Source: Thermoproteota archaeon (lineage in GTDB: Archaea > Korarchaeota > Korarchaeia > Korarchaeales > Korarchaeaceae). From it: a stretch of DNA of 32,000 nucleotides. Position numbers and translations under genes: made by a program. Under the pieces are notes generated by a model. It ran no database searches and was not told the DNA's origin. It was given only the letters and a program-made list of their open reading frames with translations. The DNA lies in contig JALSOH010000004.1 in NCBI GenBank assembly GCA_026986575.1, positions 566,693-598,692 on the forward strand. Direction: 5' to 3'. This document shows, one piece after another, positions 15,681-24,350 of the stretch (the stretch's first letter is position 1; each line of letters begins with the position of its first letter).

Positions 15681-16721
15681 TCAGGAGATGACCTCTCCCA
15701 CGTTATCGGGGATCCGGTAACCCCTCAGCTCGGAGGCCGACCTACTCACATCTTCCGACTTGAGTTTGTCTAGGAACTCCCTTATAGAGGGCTTCTTGAA
15801 TGATTCTTTCCGTACGACGAAATCGTAACTCTCCCACATGATCCGCAGGAATCCCAAACCGAAAGATTCCGCCACCTCTCTTATGCCGAACCCAACGTCA
15901 GCCTCACCCTTGACTATTTTCTTGGCCACTCCGATGTGGGTCCTGACCTGAACATCGTATCCCTTTACGGACTTGGACGGGTCGGTCTCCTCGAGACCCA
16001 TCCTCCTCATCTCCATTATCAATATCCTGTCTGCCAGCAACCTAGTGGCTGATCCGGGAGACAAATTGATGTACCTTAACCCCTTCTCTATGATGTCGTA
16101 GACGCACTCCAGTCCTACATCCTTCCTGAACATGACCCCTACCTCCCTGTCGTAGCCCCTGATTAATGTCACTGAGTTTGATAGCCAGAACCTGTCGATG
16201 AATGGTTTGTTGAAATCGCCACTTTCGGGGTCGTACAGGTGAACGGCAGCTACGTCAGCCTCACCCGTGATGAGTTTAGCTATTCCTCCGAGAGAACCGC
16301 TCCATGTGAGATCCATTCTATCCCTGAGGGTCTCCACGACCTTCTCCAACAGTGGATCGTATCCTCCAGCTAAGGTGGATTCCTTCCTAGGTTCCATCCT
16401 ACCTTCGGTCAGATTCTCCATGTAGAGATTGAGGAGCTCCTTTCCTACATCCGTCAGGACGGCACCGCCACCCTTCGAACCCCCTCGCCTCACCGATATT
16501 AGCTTCTCCCCCAGCAGCTCCTCTACCCTATTAATTTTGCTCCAGACCCAAGAATAGGATATTCCTTGGGATCTAGCGGCAGCGAGAAGGGACCCCCTCC
16601 TCTCGACCTCCTCGAGTATCTTGGCAAGTCTCGCATCCAAAATTACACGTCCTCTATATAACAGCATCACGTCTTTGCGAACCTTTATCTCCCTCAACTT
16701 CTTTCTCAATTCCGTTTCCAT
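15681..16721 (-). CDS. transcriptional regulator with a ModE-type N-terminal HTH and a C-terminal periplasmic-binding-protein-like (COG1910-type oxyanion-binding) domain
   Basis: The ModE N-domain pattern is GSLLAAARSQGISYSWVWSKINRVEELLGEKLISVRRGGSKGGGAVLTDVGKELL. It is followed by a PBP-like domain of about 230 aa. Confidence 0.75.
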   Translation of the reverse strand: METELRKKLREIKVRKDVMLLYRGRVILDARLAKILEEVERRGSLLAAARSQGISYSWVWSKINRVEELLGEKLISVRRGGSKGGGAVLTDVGKELLNLYMENLTEGRMEPRKESTLAGGYDPLLEKVVETLRDRMDLTWSGSLGGIAKLITGEADVAAVHLYDPESGDFNKPFIDRFWLSNSVTLIRGYDREVGVMFRKDVGLECVYDIIEKGLRYINLSPGSATRLLADRILIMEMRRMGLEETDPSKSVKGYDVQVRTHIGVAKKIVKGEADVGFGIREVAESFGLGFLRIMWESYDFVVRKESFKKPSIREFLDKLKSEDVSRSASELRGYRIPDNVGEVIS

Positions 16722-16824
16722 CTCTATCGGGACAGCCCACGGAGATCCCTAATAATTCTAGTGGTGAGGATAATGACACGCGTAAAACGCTATTCACGCT
16801 ACCAATAACCACGAGATCCTTAAG

Positions 16825-17646
16825 CTAGGAAAGACTGCTCCTAGAATTCGTACGTTCGAGTCTATCGAGGAGATCCCTAAACCTCAGTACAGGAGGATCA
16901 GCAGGAAAGATCATCTTAGAAACTGAAGGAACCAGTGGAGGTCTTATTCCGACTTCACGGAGCTCTTTCACTCTCACCAGCAGGTCAGGAGCTGGACCAC
17001 TCATGACCAGCTCACCATTCTTCAGAATGTGGACCGTATCGGAAATCTCAGCGGCCATGTCGGAGTTCTGGGAACTGATTACCACGATTCTATTCCTCTC
17101 CCTGAAGCGTCTTACGAGCTCAAGAAGACGCTCCGTTCCTTCCGCATCGAGAGAAGACCAAGGTTCGTCTAGCAAGAGGATCTCGGGATCATGGGCGAGG
17201 AGCCCCGCTAAGATCACCTTGGCGGCCTGTCCTCTGCTCAATCTCAGCGGAGATCTAGACGCCAGGTCCTCTATCCCGAAGAACCGGAGGGCCTCCTCGA
17301 CCCTATCCTTTACCTCCCCCTCATCCAGTCCCAGCTGCCTAGGCGCAAGAGCGACATCCTCCCACACAGTCGGAGCCAAGAGCTGATCTCTAGGATCCTG
17401 AAATAGTATGCCGCAGTGCTTCCTGAACCAATTTCCCAAGGACTTCCCATCAATGGTCACCTCTCCCTCGGTTGGAGTCAAGAGACCAGCCATCAAGAGG
17501 AGTAGAGTGGTCTTTCCCGAGCCGTTAGGTCCCAGAACGAACGTGATCTCCCCCGGCCCGACTTCTAGGTTTACATCTATGAGAGCAGGCGTTCCGTCTG
17601 GGTACGAGTAGCTGACGTTTCTCAGGGAGAGTATCACAGGATACAC
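16825..17646 (-). CDS. cbiO: ECF-type transporter ATPase component (CbiO/NikO)
   Basis: Walker A GPNGSGKTT, ABC signature LSRGQ, Walker B ILLLDEP. It overlaps cbiQ by 13 nt. Confidence 0.9.
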   Translation of the reverse strand: MYPVILSLRNVSYSYPDGTPALIDVNLEVGPGEITFVLGPNGSGKTTLLLLMAGLLTPTEGEVTIDGKSLGNWFRKHCGILFQDPRDQLLAPTVWEDVALAPRQLGLDEGEVKDRVEEALRFFGIEDLASRSPLRLSRGQAAKVILAGLLAHDPEILLLDEPWSSLDAEGTERLLELVRRFRERNRIVVISSQNSDMAAEISDTVHILKNGELVMSGPAPDLLVRVKELREVGIRPPLVPSVSKMIFPADPPVLRFRDLLDRLERTNSRSSLS

Positions 17647-18362
17647 CTCGCACAGGACAAGGACATGGACAGGAGGAAGGTCCCCATCAAAATGATATCC
17701 CTCTTCACAAAGGAATTACCGATTAAGGGGTTCCATACCCTCGACTTTCTAGCTAAGGAGATAGTGAAGGCCCTCTCCATCCCCCGGTTGAGCAATTCAG
17801 AGGCCGCGAGCGATACAACCTCGTACATCATGGAAGGACTTTCATCGAAGTTCCTAGACCCCTTTGCAATTATCAACCAACCCGCATTCCTCAAATAGTA
17901 AGAGATCTGCCCGAGCATTATGTCTAAAGATTCGGGGAGCCGGGGAGCTATCAATGCAAGCCCCTCAAGTATGGATTTGGTACCGAAGAGGGTAGCAGAG
18001 GTTTCTAGGACTAGGAGGCTGGACAGGACCCTGAGAGGCGTCATTAGGGGATCTAGGGACCCGGACAGGTACACCTTGGGGAGCATTATCACTGAGGTGA
18101 AGATCGCCCACACCGCCGAAATCTTCAGGAACCTCGTCCATGCGTGGCCAATGAGATAGAATCCCCATAGGGTGGATATGATGGAGAGATACGCAAGCTG
18201 GACCACATTAGAGGAGAACGATGGGATAGACGCCAGAAAAACGGTTATGGGGAGGGATAGACTCGGAGAGACGTGCACCTCTCCCCTGAGCAGTTCTAAA
18301 GAGGTTACCCAGTCTCCTAACCCCTTCATCAGATCGGTGAAGGCCTTCTCCAGCCACGTCAA
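17634..18362 (-). CDS. cbiQ: ECF transporter transmembrane T component (CbiQ/NikQ)
   Basis: Polytopic membrane protein of 242 aa with CbiQ-like AxxxRG-type cytoplasmic motifs (IIAKGSRNF, SLARKSRVW). It sits in the operon position between the N and O components. Confidence 0.75.
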   Translation of the reverse strand: MTWLEKAFTDLMKGLGDWVTSLELLRGEVHVSPSLSLPITVFLASIPSFSSNVVQLAYLSIISTLWGFYLIGHAWTRFLKISAVWAIFTSVIMLPKVYLSGSLDPLMTPLRVLSSLLVLETSATLFGTKSILEGLALIAPRLPESLDIMLGQISYYLRNAGWLIIAKGSRNFDESPSMMYEVVSLAASELLNRGMERAFTISLARKSRVWNPLIGNSFVKRDIILMGTFLLSMSLSCARCIL

Positions 18363-18625
18363 TCTCTTCTACCTCTCAGCAAGGCGGGCAGGAGGAGGAC
18401 CCCTACACCAACCAAGCCCGATATCACGTACCCTATCACATCCGGTATGCCAGGTACCGTGTAGTCCGGGAAGACTCCCGTCCAGATAGGTTCACTCTCG
18501 CCGAGTCCGATCAGTTCCGCGGCTACATCTAGTGGCTCGTGGTATCCTACTATCTCTGCTCCGATTACCCCGAAGATGGGGCTCACGAGGACCAATATAA
18601 GTATCAAGAGGTAGGACCTCCTCAC
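18359..18625 (-). CDS. cbiN: small two-TM accessory component of the metal ECF transporter (CbiN/NikN or PDGLE/NikL type)
   Basis: 88 aa with N- and C-terminal TM helices flanking a loop. EPLDVAAE and FPDYTVPG resemble PDGLE-domain blocks. It has 4-nt overlaps with both neighbours. Confidence 0.55.
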   Translation of the reverse strand: MRRSYLLILILVLVSPIFGVIGAEIVGYHEPLDVAAELIGLGESEPIWTGVFPDYTVPGIPDVIGYVISGLVGVGVLLLPALLRGRRD

Positions 18626-19227
18626 TTACCGATCACCTCCACCCGGCTGACGATGAACCCGGTAGCTACTCCTTCCACCAACCCTAGAATGAGGTGCCAA
18701 GTCCCCATGACGGGAACGGTCACGCTTAGCGGATAGCCGAACTGTGGGGAGAGCCCTATCTCCACTCCACAGACGACAGCAGCTGCGGCTATGGCCAACC
18801 AGCCTGCGAGGAAACCGGCTACGAATTTCTTCCCACCCGACATGCGCATCACCAGCTTGTAAATGAGGTAGCCTATGAACACGTCCACCACGGCCATGTT
18901 GAACGCGTTAGCGCCCAGAGCGGTGATCCCTCCATCACCCATAAGGACGCATTGGACAAGCAGGTTCATGAACATGGCCAAGCATCCACCGAATGGGCCC
19001 AATATAACGCCAGCAAGAGCTCCTCCCACCAAATGCGCGGAGGTTCCTCCGGGTATCGGCCAGTTCAGCATCTGGGCAGCGAAGATGCCTGCCGCCATCA
19101 CCGATAAGTAGTAGATGTCGCCTCCCTCCCTGAAATATCTCCTTCCCGAGTATGCAACCACGATTAGGGAGATGATGTAGAGGGACAGGGCTACTAGGGG
19201 GCTCAAGAATCCGTCGGGTATGTGCAC
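18622..19227 (-). CDS. cbiM: ECF transporter substrate-capture component CbiM/NikM (Co/Ni)
   Basis: A GTG start gives the N-terminus MHIPDGF, the metal-binding Met-His N-terminus characteristic of CbiM/NikM. The protein is polytopic and 201 aa. Confidence 0.9.
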   Translation of the reverse strand: MHIPDGFLSPLVALSLYIISLIVVAYSGRRYFREGGDIYYLSVMAAGIFAAQMLNWPIPGGTSAHLVGGALAGVILGPFGGCLAMFMNLLVQCVLMGDGGITALGANAFNMAVVDVFIGYLIYKLVMRMSGGKKFVAGFLAGWLAIAAAAVVCGVEIGLSPQFGYPLSVTVPVMGTWHLILGLVEGVATGFIVSRVEVIGK

Positions 19228-19262
19228 GGCGCATCCCCCGTGCAGCTACAAGGATTACTCAT

Positions 19263-19295
19263 AAGTATTACTAAACATGCGTTATAGTGTTACTT
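19263..19295. promoter_or_regulatory. imperfect 10-bp inverted repeat AAGTATTACT-N13-AGTGTTACTT in the hypD-cbiM spacer
   Basis: Read directly from the sequence: 8 Watson-Crick pairs, one G.U-compatible position and one T-T mismatch. It fills the 67-nt gap upstream of cbiM. Confidence 0.5.
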
Positions 19296-20446
19296 TAAGA
19301 TCGCGAGAACTCTTCCCTGAGCCCCCTAAGCAGCTCATCACCACCGTACTTGGCCCATATGAGGCACGTACCCTCAGAAGAGACCATGCAGGGACCATAA
19401 GGCCTCTCAGGCGTACATATTTTTTTGAAGAGGGGACAATCAGTGGGTTTGGCCATGCCTAGGGTGACCTCCGCACACCTGCACCCGGGTGGGAGGTCCT
19501 CCATCCACCTCTCCTCAGATAGCTCTGGTATACCGTACTTGAGTAGAGCATCGTACCTCGTGTAACCATCCTTCAATCGGAGGCCGCTCTCGGGAACGAA
19601 GCCTATCCCCCTCCATCCCGCATCGACCACCTTGCAGGTGGTTCTCATGACCTCCTTAGCCCTCAGGTTCCCCTCCCACCTGACCACCCTGGAGTACTCG
19701 TTGACCAACTCGGCGCGATCGTCTCTTATCTGCCTCAATATTTCCAGTATAGAGAGAAGCACGTCCACTGGCTCAAAACCTGACACTACAACCGGAATTC
19801 CGTAGTCCTTGGCCACGAACTCCCACTCAGATGCACCAGTTATGGCCGAAACATGCCCGGGAGCTATTATTCCTCTTATTGGCGATTGAGGATAGTTATC
19901 TAGGACGTACCTAGTTATGGGAGGAGTCAGCCTGTGGACGATGATGAAGCCTAGGTTATCGGGGACATCCCCTCTGTGAATGGGGCCTAACGTAGCAGGA
20001 GCTGTGGTCTCGAAACCAACGGCGAGGAAAATGGATTCCTTATCGTCTGCAGACAGCTTTATTGCATCGATCACACTGTAAACTATTTTAACGTCGGCTC
20101 CCTCCGATTTAGCCTCCTCCAAGTTCTTAGGGGCGCCTTTGGAGCTTCCCGGTAATCTATATACGTCTCCGAATGTGAAAACCCTCATCCCTTCCATGGC
20201 AAACTTGACGGCGATGTCTACATAGTATCCCGGTGTGATGCAGACCGGACACCCAGGACCCGCGACGAGCTCGACGTTCTCGGGCATCAGGGACCTTATG
20301 CCGTAATGGGTAATGGTCCACTCGTGAGTCCCGCAGAAGTCCATTATCTTGACATGATCGTCCAGCTCTCTAGCTATCTTGGAAATCTCACCCACGATCA
20401 ATTGGGAGATCTTGGGATCTCTATAGGGACTGGAGACCTCCATCAT
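19295..20446 (-). CDS. hypD: [NiFe]-hydrogenase maturation protein HypD
   Basis: Motifs FCGTHEW and GPGCPVC, plus C-terminal Cys-rich Fe-S motifs. Size is 383 aa. ATGA overlap with hypF. Confidence 0.92.
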   Translation of the reverse strand: MMEVSSPYRDPKISQLIVGEISKIARELDDHVKIMDFCGTHEWTITHYGIRSLMPENVELVAGPGCPVCITPGYYVDIAVKFAMEGMRVFTFGDVYRLPGSSKGAPKNLEEAKSEGADVKIVYSVIDAIKLSADDKESIFLAVGFETTAPATLGPIHRGDVPDNLGFIIVHRLTPPITRYVLDNYPQSPIRGIIAPGHVSAITGASEWEFVAKDYGIPVVVSGFEPVDVLLSILEILRQIRDDRAELVNEYSRVVRWEGNLRAKEVMRTTCKVVDAGWRGIGFVPESGLRLKDGYTRYDALLKYGIPELSEERWMEDLPPGCRCAEVTLGMAKPTDCPLFKKICTPERPYGPCMVSSEGTCLIWAKYGGDELLRGLREEFSRS

Positions 20447-22752
20447 CCATCACCCAATTGAGCCGCGACCTGACCCAAAGCGATTCCACCATCGCCTGGA
20501 GGTACCTTAGAGTTCAGAACGAGTTGAACGCCTTCCCTACCCAGTGCATCCTCCATACCCCTGATCAGCAGGGTGTTGACTGCTGCCCCTCCAGATACCA
20601 TCAAGAACTCGGAATTAACCCCATTCAGGGCTCTGAGGGCAACCTCGCCTAAGGCCCTTCCAAGCAGGTAAATCGATGTATACGCCAGATCCCTCTTACT
20701 CCCATCCTCGTTGTAAAGGATCTGCTTCAGGAGCTCGCTGGTGTCCACCACACCTCCCTCCACTGGAATATCTAAGTCTTGGATGAGGGATCCTTTCTCA
20801 GCGAAGGCCTCGAGTTTCATGGCCGGTTCTCCCTCATAAGTCCTCTCAAAGCAAACTCCAAGCAGAGCCGACACAGAATCTAGGACCCTCCCGACGCTCG
20901 ATATGAGAGGAGCCTTGGAACATTGTCTCAGAGCCAACTCGGCCTCCACCTCTCCCCCAGGAAGCTTATCCATTAAGTGTCGCTCCCTCAAGACCTCCCG
21001 TATCTCCGACTCCGAGAGAAAAGTGCTCAGCATTCCTATCAGCATCCTGACTGGGTACTTGGAAGCCCTGTCCCCTCCGGGCATGGGCTGAGGTCTGAGA
21101 TGCCCGAACCTCTCATATCCTTCATAACTCGCGACGAGAACCTCTCCTCCCCAAAGCGAACCGTCATCCCCGTAACCCAGCCCATCGATCGCTACCCCCA
21201 CGACCTCCTCGCCGGGCCTGACCCTCATCTCAGACATCACCGAGGTTACATGGGCGTGATGGTGCTGCACGAGCTTGAGCTCCGATCCGTACAGGTCAGC
21301 CCATCTCTCAGCCAACTTCCTCGTTGAGTAGCTGGGGTGCATGTCCGCTACCAGTATCGCCTCCCTAGGATCGATCCCGTAGATTCCCATGAAGAACCTG
21401 AGCATCCTCTCTAGGAACTCTAGGTTCTCCAGCTCATCGGTATCCCCTATGTACTGGGTGAGTACGACCTTATCGGAGAATCCAACGGCACCGCTAGTCT
21501 GCAATTCGGCCCCGAACGCTATGACGGGCCGATCTAGCTGAGAAGGAAGCCTTATCCAGGCGGGAGCGTACCCCCTTCCCCTCCTCAACATGGTTACTCT
21601 GTCGGCCGTGAACCTGACGACGCTATCGTCCACCCTGTTGACTATGCGCCTGTTATGATGCAGGAAGTAATCAGCTATGTCCTTCAGCCGCTCCCTAGCG
21701 CATTCGATAGTAGTGCACATCGGTTTATTGTGCTCGTTACCGCTCGTCATCACCAAGATCTTGTCTCTCGTGCTATTGAGCAGCATGTGGTGTAAAGGCG
21801 TATAGGGAAGCATCACTCCCACTGTTCCCAGCCCGGGAGCTACTAGTTCCGAGATGGAACTCCCTTCCCTCTTGGGAACCAGTAGGATAGGCCTCTCTGG
21901 ACTCGTGAGAACGCTCTCAGCAACCTGATCTAGGTAAAAGTGTGAGTGGGCAACATTCAGGTCGAGAGCCATGAGGGCGAAGGGCTTCTCCCTCCTCCTC
22001 TTCCTCCTTCTAAGTTCTGAAATAGTATCGTCATCCGTGGCCAGGCAAGCGATGTGATAACCTCCCAATCCCTTTATCGCAACTATCCCTCCTTCATCTA
22101 TGATCTTGGCAGCCTCCTCTATAGGATCTTCCGCACCTATCCTCCTCCCCTCAGCATCCTCAAGCCAGAGAGTCGGACCGCATTGCGGGCAGGAGATCCC
22201 CTGCGCGTGGAACCTCCTCAGGTTGGAGGGATCCTCGTACTCCTTCCTACAGTCATCACATAGTGGGAAGTCGACCATGGCAGTATTAAGCCTATCATAG
22301 GGTACATCTGCCATCATGGAGAACCTAGGACCACACCAAGCGCAGCTGTTGAAGGCATATTTGTAGTGCCTGTCTCTGGGATCGTATACTTCTCTCAAGC
22401 AATGATCGCATACAGCTATATCTGGAGGTACCATTGAGTAGATGTGCCTCTCTCCCCCACTCGGAAGTATGCTAAAATCTGAGTACCCAGTGGGAGGGAT
22501 CACCTTGAACTCCAGCTCCTCTATCTTGGCAGGAGGTGGTTTTTCGATGAATACTAGTCTGAGAAAGTCAGCAATGCTCTCATAACTGCCCTCAACGAAA
22601 ATCTCTACCTCACTCCCCCCCATATTTCTTATATGACCTCTCAACCCTGTTTTAGTTGCAATTCTGTATATAAAAGGCCTGAAACCGACTCCTTGGACTA
22701 TACCACTCACCCTGAGCATTGCAGCGATCTGTGAGCCTTTCGAATGCACCAA
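20443..22752 (-). CDS. hypF: carbamoyltransferase HypF
   Basis: Acylphosphatase domain VSGIVQGVGFRPFIYRIA, two zinc-finger CxxC pairs (CDHC...CAWCGPR, CDDC...CPQCGP), and YrdC-like and Kae1-like domains. Size is 769 aa. The start is TTG 22752, GTG 22749 or ATG 22719. Confidence 0.95.
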   Translation of the reverse strand: MVHSKGSQIAAMLRVSGIVQGVGFRPFIYRIATKTGLRGHIRNMGGSEVEIFVEGSYESIADFLRLVFIEKPPPAKIEELEFKVIPPTGYSDFSILPSGGERHIYSMVPPDIAVCDHCLREVYDPRDRHYKYAFNSCAWCGPRFSMMADVPYDRLNTAMVDFPLCDDCRKEYEDPSNLRRFHAQGISCPQCGPTLWLEDAEGRRIGAEDPIEEAAKIIDEGGIVAIKGLGGYHIACLATDDDTISELRRRKRRREKPFALMALDLNVAHSHFYLDQVAESVLTSPERPILLVPKREGSSISELVAPGLGTVGVMLPYTPLHHMLLNSTRDKILVMTSGNEHNKPMCTTIECARERLKDIADYFLHHNRRIVNRVDDSVVRFTADRVTMLRRGRGYAPAWIRLPSQLDRPVIAFGAELQTSGAVGFSDKVVLTQYIGDTDELENLEFLERMLRFFMGIYGIDPREAILVADMHPSYSTRKLAERWADLYGSELKLVQHHHAHVTSVMSEMRVRPGEEVVGVAIDGLGYGDDGSLWGGEVLVASYEGYERFGHLRPQPMPGGDRASKYPVRMLIGMLSTFLSESEIREVLRERHLMDKLPGGEVEAELALRQCSKAPLISSVGRVLDSVSALLGVCFERTYEGEPAMKLEAFAEKGSLIQDLDIPVEGGVVDTSELLKQILYNEDGSKRDLAYTSIYLLGRALGEVALRALNGVNSEFLMVSGGAAVNTLLIRGMEDALGREGVQLVLNSKVPPGDGGIALGQVAAQLGDG

Positions 22753-22774
22753 GGAGGTAATCCCCGTTGGAACA

Positions 22775-22782
22775 TATTAAAA
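22775..22782 (-). promoter_or_regulatory. TATA-like TTTTAATA on the minus strand upstream of hypF
   Basis: Its centre is about 27 nt from the TTG/GTG at 22752/22749, suggesting a leaderless hypF-hypD-cbiMNQO transcript. Confidence 0.35.
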
Positions 22783-23031
22783 GGGACGATGGCTTCCTCA
22801 CAAGATCACTTTCACAAATATTTAGATAAATAACGGTGAAATATCTTAGGTAATCTTGAGGTATGTTGCCGTTATATATTATATCAAAATTTTTGATTTT
22901 TATAATTTTTAATTTACAGCCCCTGCGAAGCATGAAAATACGTAATTAAAACGCCCCATTTCTCCCAACTATCCTTGGGCATCCCTTAATACAATCATAT
23001 TTCCAAACTTACAGCTGAACATTCAACTAAA

Positions 23032-23037
23032 TTTATA
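23032..23037 (+). promoter_or_regulatory. TATA-like TTTATA upstream of the hydrogenase structural operon
   Basis: It sits in AAATTTATAGG, 56 nt before the hynS ATG. An SD-like TGAGGTG lies at 23078-23084. Confidence 0.4.
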
Positions 23038-23065
23038 GGTATACCAGCTCACTACTACAGTGGCG

Positions 23066-23079
23066 CACATGTACATGTG
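23066..23079. promoter_or_regulatory. perfect 14-bp palindrome CACATGTACATGTG between the TATA box and the hynS start codon
   Basis: Read directly from the sequence. It overlaps the predicted transcription start / 5' UTR and the SD. Confidence 0.6.
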
Positions 23080-23092
23080 AGGTGTTTTTGGG

Positions 23093-24346
23093 ATGAAGCG
23101 TCGAAAGGGGAGTTCACTAGCCTCGATCACCCTTACTAGAAGGGACTTCCTGAAGCTCTCTGCAGCTGCCTCATTACTTTTGTCGGACTTTCAGAAGCTC
23201 CAAAAGGCGGCTGCTGAAACGCTTAAGCAGGGTTCAGTTAATCTAATTTGGTTTGAGTCCCAAGACTGCGCCGGGAACACTATCTCTATGATAGAGGGTA
23301 GCGCCCCAGACCTAATACAGATATTGGTGGGGGAGAATCCAGTAATAGGCCCAGGAAAGGTCAGGGTCATATTCCACGAGACAATAATGCCAGAGTGGGG
23401 AGAAGCAGCAATTGAGTACCTACACAAAGCTGAAGCTGGAGAACTCGATCCTTATGTTCTAGTTTTAGAGGGTTCCTTCCCCAATGAAGATGCCGCCGCA
23501 AAGACCGGTGGATGGTGGTTCATCCTTGGAGAAGAGGACGGCCGACCCGTCACAGGGAATGAGTGGGTTAGACGTCTCCTCAAGAGGGCCGTAGCCGTGG
23601 TTGCGGTTGGTAACTGTGCATGCTACGGCGGCATTGTTGCAAGTCAAGTACTAGATCAAGCTGGCTACTCTGCTGATGGATGGAGCCCAACCGGTGCCTT
23701 TGGATTCTTTGACGACCCGTTAAAAGGAATAAAGGGTGTAGTGAGTAGATGGCCTGAGGCCAAACCATTCTTGAACTTCATACAAGGGAAGGGTAAACTC
23801 GAAGTATCACCAACTGGGGAGGCCAGACCTGCCATTGCCATACCAGGATGCCCAGCAAATGGTAATGCCATACTGAGGGTATTAGGGCACCTAATTCTCG
23901 CAGTTGACGGCCTACTTCCTTTACCTGAGTTAGATGAATACTGGAGACCAGTGTATATTTTCGGAAGGACCACTCACGAGCAGTGCCCGAGAGCAGGATT
24001 TTATGCCGCCGGAGACTTTAGAGAGGATCCTGGGGACAATGATTTCAAGTGTCTCTTCCAAGTAGGGTGCAAGGGACCAGTTAGCAACTGTCCGTGGAAC
24101 AGAGTAGGTTGGATAGATGGTATAGGTGGTCCTACAAGGACCGGAGGTGTCTGCATTGGATGCACCATGCCTGGCTTTCCCGACAAGTTTGAACCCTTCT
24201 ACAAACCGCTCCAGGCACCTTCCATGCCGGATACCGCGACCCTAGCTGGTATAACTGCAGGAGCAGCTGCAGTGGGACTTGCTGCCGGTTATGTAATGAG
24301 CGAGCCGGCTAGAAGGGGTGAGAAGAGAGAAAAGGTAGAGGGGTGA
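23093..24346 (+). CDS. hynS: membrane-bound [NiFe]-hydrogenase small subunit (group 1 uptake type), Tat-exported with a C-terminal TM anchor
   Basis: Twin-arginine signal TRRDFLKLSAAASLLL. Fe-S ligand blocks are GNCACYGG, IPGCPANG, HEQCPRAG, CLFQVGCKGP, NCPW and VCIGC. The C-terminal hydrophobic helix is LAGITAGAAAVGLAAGYV. Confidence 0.92.
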   Translation: MKRRKGSSLASITLTRRDFLKLSAAASLLLSDFQKLQKAAAETLKQGSVNLIWFESQDCAGNTISMIEGSAPDLIQILVGENPVIGPGKVRVIFHETIMPEWGEAAIEYLHKAEAGELDPYVLVLEGSFPNEDAAAKTGGWWFILGEEDGRPVTGNEWVRRLLKRAVAVVAVGNCACYGGIVASQVLDQAGYSADGWSPTGAFGFFDDPLKGIKGVVSRWPEAKPFLNFIQGKGKLEVSPTGEARPAIAIPGCPANGNAILRVLGHLILAVDGLLPLPELDEYWRPVYIFGRTTHEQCPRAGFYAAGDFREDPGDNDFKCLFQVGCKGPVSNCPWNRVGWIDGIGGPTRTGGVCIGCTMPGFPDKFEPFYKPLQAPSMPDTATLAGITAGAAAVGLAAGYVMSEPARRGEKREKVEG

Positions 24347-24350
24347 TTGT

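Noticed and set aside
22652-22933. 93-aa minus-strand ORF extending from the divergent control region into hypF
   Set aside because: It overlaps the hypF N-terminal acylphosphatase coding region in another frame, and its upstream part is AT-rich promoter DNA. It is most likely not coding.
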